From assembly GCA_024704765.1 (NCBI GenBank), contig JAKMXF010000222.1, positions 682,001 through 746,000 on the forward strand: DNA of 64,000 nucleotides. Reading direction: 5' to 3'. Shown here in pieces: positions 14,070-26,900 of the stretch. The position numbers and the translations under genes were made by a program. Position 1 is the first letter of the stretch. Every line of letters starts with the position of its first letter. Source of the DNA: Oopsacas minuta. Taxonomy: Eukaryota > Animalia > Porifera. Below the pieces are notes generated by a model, which made no database searches, was not told where the DNA came from, and worked only from the letters and a program-made list of their open reading frames with translations.

Positions 14070-14228
14070 CTCAGTTCAGCATTGGAAGGAATGTCGCGTT
14101 CCTTGAGAATTGCAGCTCTGTGTTTCATCGTAGTTATTAAACATTTAAGTGTAAGGTGTATTGAATCGTATGTCAGCAGGTTTAGGTCCGGATCAGTTGT
14201 AGAATCGCAAATAAAAGCAGACTGAACA
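14070..14228 (-). CDS. ARHGAP35/ARHGAP5-like: p190 exon: end of pG1 and pG1-pG2 linker
   Basis: tctgatag|t...ag|gttgat; VQSAFICDS...YDSIHLTLKCLITTMKHR...AEL resembles LQCVFLD...EKQISQVLKGLLDSKRN...VDL; phase 2 at both ends fits the neighbouring exons. Confidence 0.75.
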
Positions 14229-14443
14229 CTATCAGAAAATAAGAAGATTATTATCCTTGAAAATACAACCGAAAAATCAAATAGATCCAGGGCAGTTAGT
14301 TCAGTTAAGCGGATTGACAGCTCGACGGGTGAAAATTAAATAATTTCTTAATACGCGAGCTATAAAGTGCCGAAATTAGTAACCCAAAGCGAGGTAGCAG
14401 CTCAAGTGCCACCACAAGAGGCTTAAAATTAAATTTGGATTTA

Positions 14444-14475
14444 TTGGAAAGCAAGAGCGCGCTCTTGCTTTCCAA
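14444..14475. repeat. Perfect 32-bp spacerless palindrome
   Basis: ttggaaagcaagagcg|cgctcttgctttccaa, inside a family A remnant. Confidence 0.95.
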
Positions 14476-14551
14476 AAATTCTAGATCTCCAGCTATCGCT
14501 CGCGCTAGTGTTTTCCAATCATTCATATCCATATTTTTACATACGTTTAAG

Positions 14552-14951
14552 TAGGGTATTAGTATCGTGCGATCATTGATCGCAATCTATTTTTGACGAT
14601 CGGACGATAATCGCGATCATTTTTCCCGAAAATTTTGATCATATTTTCGATCTTTTAGGTAGGCAGAATATGAAAATTTGCGAATCTAGACACCAAAATG
14701 TATGCGCTAAATTTCATGACAATCGGACCTGTAGACTTCGCATGGCCGCCGGAAGGATGGACTGTCGCAGGGAATAAGCATCTTCCTATATGAAGTGCTT
14801 ATAAATTTCAGAAATGTGATCGGAAAAATGATCGTAATTGTGATCGCGAAGATTTTGGTGCAAGGATCGGAATCACGATCTCCGATCATATTTTCTTGAA
14901 CGATCGTGATCGTGATCGCGATCATTGATTTGATGATCCCCTAATGCCCTA
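14552..14951. mobile_element. hAT-type MITE with dense GATC subterminal repeats
   Basis: TIR tagggtattag / ctaatgcccta; flanks cgtttaag / cgttgaac (6/8). Confidence 0.75.
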
Positions 14952-16489
14952 CGTTGAACCCAGCTTAATTAACGATCACATAAGCATTCGACCACCATGA
15001 AATTGCGATCACTTTTCAAGTTCCGTTCAACTACTCATTGCCACAAGCCTTCGGCTAGTTGCTTCGCGATTAACTCGGCGCATTGCGTCTCAAGGTATTC
15101 AACGGACAAATAAACAGACAATCAACAATTGATATTTAATAATATTGATGTTGTTACAATATTCAGACTCAACATACTCGAGTATGCCAGTATATCGTTG
15201 AAAGTATGATTCTACCTCAATTTTGAAATTAGTTTACTTTATGTACTTAAAGTAAACAGATTTTCACAATATGTTGTTTACAATACCATATTCGGACTCA
15301 GCATACTCGATTACCCCAGTGCAGTCGTTGAAAGTATGATTCCACCTCATTTTGAAATTCGTTTACTTTATATTCATAAAAACAACAATAAATTTACATA
15401 TGATTAATCCAAGAGTGTGACAATCGGGTTCAGCATGTTCTATAAATTTAGGGAAGTGTAATTGAATTCTATTTGCTTCCTTGATAAACACTATAAATAT
15501 ATGACAATTTCAAAACTGCATATTGTAAATCCTTTCCTTGACAACGGACAAACGAACAAACAGACAACAATTGAGATTTAATAATATAGATTAGTTGTAT
15601 CAATTTCAGTATTACGGCTATGGATCTGGTACGAAACCCAACTTAGAATCCTTTAGTTAATCGTGTATTCTTACCTCAAGGATTGTACAAACGTTTAGCA
15701 ATAGGAGTACATCGACTGTAGCTAGTTGAACGCTAGATAATTTCATTATTGCAAAGATGTGAACGCTATACAGTAGAGTCTCATTAAATCGAACAAAGTT
15801 AAGACTAACTCCGGACAAGGAGTACAAATTTGTATTCTTTATCAGTGCAATTCAATACCTTTTCAATGTAAATTAGTTCGGATAATATGCGAGTATAGAG
15901 AGCGCTGGATATATTTTGGCGCTCTGCCTATAAAGAGTACGCGCTCATACTCTTTTATTAGGACATCACTGTTCGTGTAGCGACAAAAGCACTAAGAAAT
16001 GTAGCTGTTTAATACGAGAAGCGTGCTATTATTGCAACTCAAATATAGGACAAAATGATTGGAGTTATAATTCGCTTTTCTTACTCGCTGCGCGGCTTGC
16101 GAACACTCTCTCTCAGCATGAAGCTCGGAAATTCATGCCTCGAATTATTTCACTGGGTAAATATGATTCACACATGAATACCTTAAAAGTGCGAAATTCG
16201 AAATCAGTATACTCATTACCCCCCCGCATAACCGTTGAAACCAAGTTTCTAAGTCTGTTGAGAAGTTCTAGTATGCTTTATACACCTAATCGTAGACTAC
16301 TTAAATACCTTCAACTTGGGTACGTCCATTGTTATCTCTAGAACTGTCAAGTTTATGTTACAATGGGAATTCATAGGTGACGACTCTCTTAGTCAGATTT
16401 CTTTACCACATAGCTTACAATACATAATACTACCTTAACTTATGAATTTTGGACAAGGGATGCTGTTTTCGTCCGAGGAATGTATATTT

Positions 16490-17345
16490 CTGTATTGCAG
16501 AACGGTACATTTTTGCCTGAATGTGTGGAGTGCGCATTTATACAACACTAAATTATCAACCATATATGCTAAAGAAATCCAGGAATGTGCCAAAATATTT
16601 GTATAGTAGGCGTTTATTTGGCAAAATATGTCATTCTTTGATAGCTTGTAATAGCCCTTAAATGTTCAATATTGTATCTTTCTTTCCGAGTTAATGCATA
16701 TGCATGTAATGATCTATATAAGTATTATACATAAAACAAAAAAATTGTCGTAATTAAGTTGGCTCGTTCTTGAGTTACAGTAGGGACCATGGATGACTCA
16801 TTGTTATGAATATCTGAGTATAACTCAATAATCGTGAATGGTATTATCAAATCAGTATAGAGAATACATAGTACATTCCCGACTTCCCATACTCTTGTAA
16901 TACATTTTGATTATAACTCTTACTAATGTGTTCATATCCCCATATATGGTCATTTTTAAGATTACGCAATAAGCTTAAGAGAAGTCGTACCAAAATATAT
17001 TACAAGGGTATGGGAAGTTGGGTATATACTAATAGGCTATGCTTATTGGACAATAACTTTGTGATTATCGAGTTGTAATCGGATATTCGTAAAAGTGTGT
17101 CACCCATTGTTCCTACCATAACTCAAGAGCGAGCCAACTTAATTATGGCAGTTTTTTACATTATGTAAAATCATTATATAGAACATTTCATACATTAACT
17201 CGGAAATGTACGGGCCATTACAAGTGATCAAACAATGGTATATTTTAACAAATAAATGCCTACTAGACAAAAATTTCGGACATTCCTGAACTCTTTTAAC
17301 ATACATGGTTAATAATTCGTTGTTCTAAAAATACGCAATAGATGT
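16490..17345. repeat. Large diverged palindrome of repeat family B (foldback-like)
   Basis: cccgacttcccatactcttgtaatacattttg (16878) pairs with caaaatatattacaagggtatgggaagttggg (16991); imperfect complementarity extends about 400 bp outward; related pieces at 7.3-7.9, 26.1-26.5, 43.3-43.5, 52.0 and 57.8-58.1 kb. Confidence 0.7.
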
Positions 17346-17416
17346 ATTCTGAAAAAAATCCGCCGCTTCTACAATAAGGAAACACCTATATAAATTCCTG
17401 GGCAGAAAACAACATA

Positions 17417-17652
17417 CCGTAAACTGGGGCTACTTTGGCCCACTGGGTTTGCTTTAGCCCAAACATCAAAGTTTCAAAGAAAATCGATTAGATTGAATAT
17501 TATACTTGAAAATGACTAGCCAAATATTTAAGGAATTTTCAAATATCTGTAGACAATTTCGAATACAAATACAATATCTATTCGATACGTAAGGAAATTT
17601 CAATATTTGGGCTAAAGCAAACCCAGTGGGCCAAAGTAGCCCCAGTTTACGG
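17417..17652. mobile_element. Tc1/pogo-type MITE
   Basis: TA TSD; about 45-bp perfect TIR ccgtaaactggggctactttggcccactgggtttgctttagcccaaa. Confidence 0.92.
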
Positions 17653-18347
17653 TACCTATTACAAAATTAACAAGTTGCTGTGAGGTCTTCTGTATAGTAG
17701 GCAATGAGGTAAGGAATCTGACTGAAAGAGTCGTTCCTATGATTTCTCATTAACTAATTAAACATTTCTCATGCCTAGCTCGAATTGAAGGCGATATTTT
17801 GACATTATCACATAATGTGGAAAACCACATAACTCACATTCGACAAATATTTTAGTTTGGCGGATCTCAGAATTGCTTAATTAAATTTCAAAATAGCACA
17901 ACATGACTACTTTCCTTGACGACAAACTGAACAACAAACAAACAAACAATTGAGATTTTATATTATAGATTCATCACTCTTGGGCGAGTTAAAATTCATT
18001 TGCAATTGCTTAATTTCGTACAAATATTTATTTCATAAGAATTTCAAATAATATTAATGATGATAGAACATTTGTAATTTGAACTTTAACAGCTGTGATA
18101 GGATATCTTGTATTATTCCATTATAAGATATCTTCAAAATGGCCCTTTTACTATTTCTCGACTTTGTTTGTTATCAAGTCTCTTATATTTTCTTAGCTAA
18201 GGTTTCCTTAAGAAAGTATAGTTACACATCTGTAGAACATGTTTGAAGTGACAGATGTTATATTATTTAAGTTGTATCCAATGTATATATATATTAACAT
18301 CAAATAGATTACGATTATTTATCTTATTTGCGAGTCACTTTTTCGTA

Positions 18348-19538
18348 ATGAAAATATTGATTTTATTTTCTTCTCGGTTCTTGAAATATTTTATCTTCAC
18401 CACTTCACTTTTAATAAGCTTGAAATGTAGTCTATGCTTTGGGTTTATGCAAGAAAGGTTTTCATTATCTATGGACTTAATTAACTTTTCTTACGAATAT
18501 GCTAAGAGAAGTAATGCTCTTTGCTTAGACGGGAGTCCTTCTGGTTTTTATTTCAAGTCTGGTTCTAATTCCTCCCACTGGGTAATCTTCTTAGGTGGAG
18601 ATGTTCATTGTGCTACCAAAACTGACTGCAAACGAATATTATCAACATCCAGTGGATCATCCTACTATTGGGCTCCATGGTTATCCAAGACCTTCATATT
18701 ATCCTCTTCCCAATACACTAACCCTGATTTCTACTCCTGGATGAAAGTATACATTCCTTCTTGCAGCGCTGATTTCTTTTCTGGCCAGCATACAGAACCA
18801 AATGAATGGGGCATGTACTTTTCTGGTCATAATATTCTTACTGCAGTTATAAATATGCTATTGGAAAATTATCAACTATCCAGAGCAGAATATGTATTAT
18901 TCTCTGGGGTGTCCACAGGTGGTGTTGGGGTTATAGAACACTCTGATTATATTTCAGACTGGTTAAGCTTTGCCAAGGTTAAAGTTAGTCCAGTTGGTGG
19001 ATGGTTCTATCCTCAGTTATTACTCAACTTTACAGAATGGACTAAACAAAGTCCCTCAAACCAACCTTCTTCTTTTCTAAATACACTATATGATAGTTAT
19101 GTGCATAAAATGTGTGCAGAGAACAATTATTTACAACCTTGGGTATGTGGGCCATCTAATGTCGGTTATTTGTATCAATATATTAGAACCCCTCTGTTTG
19201 TCGCAGAGAATATGTTTGATTCCGATCAGCTTTTTCGCTATCTTGGATGTCCTGAGAATTCGGATTTATCCGAAGAGTATATGAATTATTATGGCCAATT
19301 GATGATCTTCTCGATGCAACAAGTTGCTAGGTCTAGCAAGTTCGATGGAATTTTCCTTCCTGCTTGTCTAAATCACACTATCGATTTACTTGAATTCACA
19401 TCTAGCCCACGTATAAGAGGTTATTCGTACGCAAATGCATTAGGGGATTGGTTTTACAACCGGAATGGTTATTCTCAACTAATAGATGATTGTTCTACGC
19501 CAAATTGCAATGACGATTGTATATTGTCCTCCGGTTAG
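18348..19538 (+). CDS. NOTUM-like: Intronless Notum / pectin acetylesterase family alpha/beta hydrolase, about 396 aa from the ATG at 18348 (an in-frame ATG at 18255 gives 427 aa)
   Basis: Hydrophobic N-terminus; ALCLDGSPSGFYF, WVIFLGG..C, VYIPSCSADFFSG, nucleophile elbow GVSTGG, LFVAENMFDSDQL (Asp), FLPACLNH (His), C-terminal LIDDCSTPNCNDDC. Confidence 0.92.
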   Translation: MKILILFSSRFLKYFIFTTSLLISLKCSLCFGFMQERFSLSMDLINFSYEYAKRSNALCLDGSPSGFYFKSGSNSSHWVIFLGGDVHCATKTDCKRILSTSSGSSYYWAPWLSKTFILSSSQYTNPDFYSWMKVYIPSCSADFFSGQHTEPNEWGMYFSGHNILTAVINMLLENYQLSRAEYVLFSGVSTGGVGVIEHSDYISDWLSFAKVKVSPVGGWFYPQLLLNFTEWTKQSPSNQPSSFLNTLYDSYVHKMCAENNYLQPWVCGPSNVGYLYQYIRTPLFVAENMFDSDQLFRYLGCPENSDLSEEYMNYYGQLMIFSMQQVARSSKFDGIFLPACLNHTIDLLEFTSSPRIRGYSYANALGDWFYNRNGYSQLIDDCSTPNCNDDCILSSG

Positions 19539-20205
19539 TTAACTGGAAAATTGAATCCGATAGAATGAGTTCTCTCATTTGTATCCTTACTTTTATCTCA
19601 ATTCATATTCATGTCATTAATTCATTTCTTCTAGAGCCTGACACAATATTAATTACTTATTAAACCTGATTTAGATACACTGTAATTGTTTTCTTATTCA
19701 TCTATTCAATTAGTCACCAAATTTTAGTTATTGTAATAGCGAAACATTTTATTATACTGTACAGTTCACTGCACCACAAGGTGAAATTATAGTGTGTTCA
19801 AGCATCCACAAATCCGGAATATTTAATCGAGATTGTACTATAAATCATTCTCACAAATGTAGTGGACATATTTGACGTTTTACAAAATATATGTATTAAT
19901 ATTTACCAATTTAAAGTTTATAGTTAACCGATTACTGCGGAATTGTTACGTTCGTAACATAAAGGAACACTAAATTTTACCACTTCGTTTTAACCTATTC
20001 CGCACCCAAATCGAGATTGTAGCACCTTTCTGACGCCATATTATGACACATTTTCCTGGTAGTATTCGGTTCATCTATTAAGAGAATATATTTTTACCTT
20101 ATTACTTCATAAATTCGTCATAAGTGTGACTTTTCTTCCAAGACTCATACAATAGGCATTTTAGAATCAGGGGCGAAACTGATAATTATTTCAGCGGCCA
20201 AGAAC

Positions 20206-21169
20206 CAGGCACGTAGCTAGAGCAAGAAATTCAGGGGGCAAGAAGTATTTCGGGAGGGCAATTGCAGGGATAAATATTTTGAAAAGTTATTTACTTGTGT
20301 ATAACAAGTACGACCCAGTCTCATTTTCTTACATGTATAACCTTTTGAATTCATCAAGTACCAGATTACTAAGCTAGGGAGCACTAGACTAGTCTACATT
20401 ATATAGAATGCCATATAGTAAGAGCATTTATTTAGATACTAAACTCAATCCAGGGGTACTATTTGACATTACAAAAGAAAGCGGCGGTGCTTCATCTACT
20501 TAAAATGTTCAATCACATCATTATAGCAAAGTGTTTCTGCAATATCTTTTCCAATAGATAACAGGGCAATATGGTTGTGACGCACAGTGGTCATTTGTGA
20601 GCACAAACGAGTTTTTATTCTCTTAACAGATGAGAACATTCGCTCAACCTTGCAAGATGTCTGAGGGATAGTCACAAGAATTTGGTATAAAACAAGCTTT
20701 GAAAACTGAAACACTAAGAGCGTCACCAATGCTTCAATCACTTCAATGGACAGTCTAACTTCTGACAACAATTACTAGCCGTCTGTGGCACTTCAATTAA
20801 AATTATAGTAGAAATTCAGTACCTATCAAAATAGAACAAGTTTACTATCAATGAGCGTTACTTCCTGTCTAGTATTAAAGCCATCATCACAACGCGAGTT
20901 ATTAATTTCATAGTTTTGGCGATGCAGTTGAAGTACATAGGCTATTAACTACAGTTGAGTTCGCTTATTAGCACCTCGGACTTTGCAGAAATTTGGTTGC
21001 TAATAGGGCAACGAAATTAACATTATAATCCCGTTTGGGGCCCGAAAGCTGGTTGCTAATAAGCTAACTACACTGTATTTAAAAACGAAAACTTTCAAAT
21101 TTATCTGGGGTGGCGAGAAAACTTTTGGAGGGCGATTGTCCCCCTTGCCCCCCTGTAGCCACGTGCCTG
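20206..21169 (-). mobile_element. Internally deleted hAT element
   Basis: TIR caggcacgtagcta / tagccacgtgcctg; flanks ccaagaac / tcaggaac (6/8); contains a transposase fragment. Confidence 0.75.
20496..20771 (-). pseudogene. hAT transposase C-terminal dimerisation-domain fragment (ZMYM1-like type)
   Basis: LVTIPQTSCKVERMFSSVKRIKTRLCSQMT matches the hATC consensus (P.TS..VER.FS.LKRIKT.LRS.M). Confidence 0.88.
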
Positions 21170-23817
21170 TCAGGAACCAAAGGTTACTATTATTATCCAT
21201 GGTCCATCCAAATTACATTTAATCACTTGTTGCTGGGAGGAGCTCAACGTAGCTTTTGGATATTAATCTCGTCACATCATGCTTTGAGTATTGATAAATT
21301 CTCAAAACTAGAATTTTTATTATCACAATCATGATGAGGTAATAATTCTATAATGAGTTTACATTTATTCAAAATAATGACGTCAGGAAATCACTTGCTA
21401 GGTTACTGCATGACAGCTTTCTGCATCAGGTAGGCTTAAGTATACAACCTCTAAATATCTTATAGTGGTTTTGTTCGTTGCGCTACTCAATATACTCGGC
21501 CTACCTGCCTCGAGCTCGCAAAATAGATAAAAAAAGGTCACCAGCAAAATTGTGTTCAATGCTAACTCTTTCGTGAGCTATTCGCCATCTGCTTCATTTC
21601 TCCCTTTTATAGCTAAGTGATTGGGCCTACGGAATCCAACCTATGGGAGTTTCAAAGTTGTCGCACACATAGCCCCTCACTTACAATAGGGCTACAGCAA
21701 CCTAAATGACTTGATTCTTCAGAACGGTTTTATTAAGCCTGAAATCAATATACCGACTATTCGAAGATTCGTTCGAAATAACTAACGAATATTTGTTTGT
21801 TTCAAAAAGATGAAGAGAATTTGAAAAGAATCTATTTGCTTACAAGTGATGGCATGAATAATATGCCTGCATGTACGTACAAATATTCAAGACATTGTAC
21901 TATATAGTTTTGTAATTGTGTAGTAACGTACATGGCTTATGGAATGTATCAGATTGCAGGTTATTGTGGCAGGAGGTATTTGGAACAAATTAGTATTGTC
22001 AACAGATTGCTTGCATGCTATATAGAATCTCAAATAGAGCACGACCTCAGTGTTTTATTTCAATAATAAGTTACTTTCGAGTGGTAAGATCTATAATTGG
22101 TGTGCCACTGAATATTCAGTATCCCCTCTAAGGATCAGCCGAAGCAGTGAGCCAAACATTTAACAATAAATTGCCAAATGTATACATTGAAGGTCGTTCA
22201 ATGTATATATAATATAGTCGTTGGCGGGGTTTACAGTGAACAAATTATTGTATAAACATATGTTGGGTGTAAAATTTATACTCTATAACATATCAAAATC
22301 CGCAATATCCACTTTGGTGAAATTTCTATTGAAAAAATTAGTCACCAGATAGTACTAGAAAAGGTATTAAAATTGAAATAACATCTAAAATTGAAGTTTG
22401 ATAGCATTAACATAGTGAGTTTTCGTAGTAAGCAAAGAATTTCACCTCATTTAAGTGGCCGCATGAACATGTTTGGGAAGAATTTTTTATAGCAACACAA
22501 GAAGATCTCAGGAATGTGTAAACATTTAATTCTCAGAACTAATCCAAACTCTATCGAGTGACCCCCTTGTTCGACGCCGCTCGACAAATTGAGTCTAATT
22601 ATGAAAATATTAGCTCACTAAATGACTTTTAACTCGATTTGACCATATCAGCCCCGCTTCAAGTTAATTCCCTTGCTATTTTTCACATATCTCTTGCCAA
22701 TACATGATATTATCGTGTGTTTTTGAGAGAATTAATAACAAAATATGGCCGGGAAAAGTGCAATTTTATGAGGCCAAAAGGGGCTAAATCTTGTGTTGGA
22801 GAGAGAATTGGAAAAATTTAGGGTTCCTTTTCATTATGAGCGTAAAACTTCGAACGTAATCGGTTATAGTAGAGTAATTTTGAAAATCAATGTGTGTCAT
22901 GACGCGGTCATTTTGGGCCGTTTTGGGCCGTTTTAGGCCGCGTTTGGTGCAGTTGGAATAGCAAGGAGATAAGCTCCGGGGGCTCACGCCACACATTGCT
23001 CTATTTCAAAGTGAGAGAGCTTGGCCCTCTAAATCTTGTGGAAAATACTTCTCAAATCAAAATTCGAAATTAAATCCTACTTATAACCAATTGTTTCGAA
23101 AAATCCTGGTTGATTAAAATACGAAAAGTTCATTGAAATTCCCCCATTATGCAATTTGAAACAAAAGTTAATAGCAATTTTTTAATTTTTGATATAAAAA
23201 TAGTAATTAGGTGCCAAAACGCTGAACCAGAATTTCGCATTTTCAAGTTTCTCATATGTAAATTTATTGTTGTTTTTATGAATATAAAGTAAACAAATTT
23301 CAAAATTGAGGTAGAATCATATTTTCAATGACAATACTGAGGTAATCGAGTATGCTGAGTCCGAATATGGCATAGTAAACAAAATCTATATTATCTAATC
23401 TCAATATTTGTTTTTAAGAATAATCTGGCTCTAAACTGCTAACCAGGGATACTAAGTACGCTGAATCCGAATTTCGCATTTTCAAGGTGCTCATATGTAA
23501 TTCATTGTTTTTCTGAATACGCGTATAAAGTAAAGAAATCAGCAAAATCTCAAAATTTACGCAGATACTGCTCTCAACGGCTACAAAGGGGGTCGATCTT
23601 ACAAAATAATTCAATAATATATATGCCATATACGTATATTTGTGAATTGCATTGTTCTAAATATATCTCTATTATAATACTCAAAGGGACGGCCAATTTT
23701 GAGAATAATGGATACCTCCAGGCGCAATGCGTCGAGTTTATCGCAAAGCGACGAGCAAAAGGCTCGTGTAATTGTAAACATGATGAAGATTATATTGTAT
23801 AAATATGTCTTCAATAC

Positions 23818-23956
23818 CTGTCTGCCACAAACTGTCCATCTTTATGAATCTTATCAATATCATCTGTATCCTCGACATCTTTGGTGGTAGCAATTAGAAC
23901 TAATGGTATCCCCCAGAGCTTAGTGCGCCTGGCTTTCACAAACCATCGAGAGTCTC
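23818..23956 (-). CDS. ARHGAP35/ARHGAP5-like: p190 exon: pG1 C-terminal half
   Basis: actttag|ga...ag|gtattg; DSRWFVKARRTKLWGIPLVLIATTKDVEDTDDIDKIHKDGQFVAD resembles HLPLTLILVNKRGD...LIQQGQQIASK. Confidence 0.85.
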
Positions 23957-26900
23957 CTAAAGTATATTAGGAATATATATATGTATAAATTCAAACTTTC
24001 TTCAATAGTAATATTCATCAAAAAAAATTTCATGGAACTAAGAAAATATTGAGAAAAATAAACTCAAACAATTATTCACTTCCCTTCGTTCAAGTTCGTT
24101 GTACGATTTTTGCTTAGGGCATCAGTTAACCCGAACATTCGATATTTCTAACAGATTTTCTGTGTTAGGTTTACCGGATGTAACTGGATAGTATATCAAT
24201 TAAAATGTTATTTTGTGAATAACGCTTTCTAGGTCGCGGCGCGACAGCTTTGTACCTCAGAGATAGGATGAAACAGCTAATATGTAGTGTTTGTGGTCAC
24301 TATGCGGCCGAATAAACTCGGCACTATATGCCTCGAATTCACAAAATAGCAGAAATTCTATGAATTTAACATCCAGAAACGGGATATATTGGGCTGTTGT
24401 GCAGCGAGTGTAAAATGGGGAAATATTAAGATTTTATTATCCATGGTCCCTCCCAATTTCATTAAATGTTATTTTGTGGTGGCTGGAGCTATTACATGGC
24501 TTTTAGTGAGTAATCTCGGTACTTTGAGCCTCGAGTATAGTGAATTTCTCAAATTTTCGGTTATACAGTTCAACAATAATTTTAAACACAACAAAGTCGT
24601 AGAGCAAAAAAGTGGCAAAAATGAAGCACAAAGAATAGTTCAAGTAAGTAATTGCATTGTACATATATCAAATTCCTGTAGCCAGAGTATGAGCTACGCC
24701 AACCTAAGATGATCATTTTTCTAACAAGAGTCGTTATATCTCTTGAAATGCGCGAAAATGCCTGTGTAAAGGTCCGAAATATAGCTAGCTGATTGGAGAA
24801 ATTTTGGAGATATGGTGAAATAGATGTGACGTCATCATAACATTACATCACCATAGCCACAATCTTTGTATGTTAGCAGGCAATCTGTTGGTCATGAGCT
24901 ATGAAGCTGCAAAATATACAGGATATTTGCAAGACATTTATCTAGCCCCTTGGAACGTTTAACTTTGCTTTCACATATATACACACCGAATATTCAACAA
25001 TTAGGATATATATAACTGCTGACCTGATGGGGAGAAACTGATAATATATTCAGAATCTGGATATTCGATAACCATTAAATAAATTCAATTCTTTCAAACA
25101 GCCAACATTGTATTATTTTTTGTTGACCAGTGTATAGCATTCTATATAGTAAGGCAATGGCACTCTATTCAAATTTTGAACCATAAGTCAAAGGTTTGTA
25201 GTATAAGATTTATATTGATTAAAGTAGAATTACAGTGTGTATAAATTAATGACGTTGAGTTGTGGGGGCCCTGTTCGGCCGCACACTCCGTACACTCCTA
25301 AATCCGGTACTGATGTCATACTCTTGAATAGAAAACACTAAGCTTCAAGTATATCTAATTTCTACGTTGTTTTGTTTCAGATTATTCTATTTGTTAGAAA
25401 TAGAAGTAGAGTTAAACTTGTCTATAACGGCCATCAAAGGGACTGACTATAAGTGGCCGTAAACTTATGTTCAGATGTCTGTTATATAGAGGTCGGTTAC
25501 TTTTGAAAATTGTTCCGCAGGACATTATATAAGTGGCCGTTTTACAAAAGACCCTTATACAGAGTGGATATTCGGCAGATTCCACAAGCAAGTCGACGAG
25601 TGAGAGGACCCAAGAGTACACAATCGCATCAACTCAAAGATCAAAAATAATTTATCACATATATTTAAGCATTTATTATGTATATCTAGTACTGTATTGC
25701 CAATATTATTGGGTTAGGTGGTCCTAAATCATTCATGTATAAAAAATGTTACAAGAGTGCTTTAGACTAGCACTGGAAGACATACAACAATATTGAAATT
25801 TTGAAAGTCCAGAATAATTGTCATCCTTGTCCAGAATTTAAATAGAGTGAACATTGCCTTGGTGTATTGAATGCTATGACCAGTGCTATTGCTTACAGTC
25901 ATGGTGGCGTAATAATTCCATGACGAGTTTGCATTTTGTCAAAATCATGATGTCGGAACATATGACATATTGAAGGTTACCTGTAATTCCATCTACTATG
26001 TAATTTGGATGAGCCGTGACCTACTCTAAACTAGGGCCTGCCACTTCTTGCGAATCGTGTATCAGAGATGCAGTCACCGATGAAGGTGTTTACTTGTAGT
26101 TTCAATATTTCCGGAACAGTGCATATTGCCTAACAAAAATGTATTGCATATTTGTAGACAATTAAATTGTTATTTTTAGTAGTGTGTCCAAATATTTGTC
26201 TAGTAAGCACTTATCTATTAATATTTGCCAATTTTTAATGCCTTGTGGAATGTTAAATATTGCATATTTCATTTCAAAGTAAAAATACAATGTGTTAAAT
26301 AAGTTTTGGACAAAATGTCAAAAATTTGTCATGATAAAGTAGGCTCATTCTTGAGTTACTTGAGCGACCATGGATGACAATTTTTATGAATATCCAATTA
26401 TCATTCGATAATCGTTAAAATATAATCAAAGCAGTATAGTCAATAATTATTTATATACCCAATCTGCAATTATTAAGCACAAGAGTATGCTTGCCAACCT
26501 GAGTAAAAGGAAGAGCGGTACGGAAAGTACTAATTTATCCGGACTTCACGGGATATAGCATATTTGCATTAGATTTGACTATAAAAAAAAAGCAGGACAA
26601 ATAAGAATTTGGCAAGTTTGGCCAGGAAATTAGCCACAACAAATGTCGAAAATGTAGTAAAATTGACAAGTATTTACAGTATTTGAATGTGGTCCTGGGG
26701 GCGCCGTACCAGTTATCACATATTTCGGAAGACTACGCACTAATCGAAATATACCAGTAGAAATTATACTTACAACCTGACTTCAATATGTGCAGTTTTA
26801 TACGTAGATACAAAATCATCAAAATATTAACGAATTGTATATTTTCGAACAGAAAGTGGTAGTTTAACAGGCTACCCATTCTAGAACGGCGAGGCCCCTC

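Noticed and set aside
14305-14532. ORF with a PLVVAL segment resembling pG1
   Set aside because: The sequence is a Helitron family A remnant plus the palindrome; the true segment is exon 23818-23956
15675-17753. Candidate small exons at 15675-15765 and 17672-17753
   Set aside because: Superseded by the much better match and phase fit of exon 23818-23956
25412-25621. ORF containing LNISLRPL, similar to pG1 YELSLRPI
   Set aside because: Largely overlaps a degenerate Tc1/pogo-type MITE, and the available donors give a stop or the wrong phase
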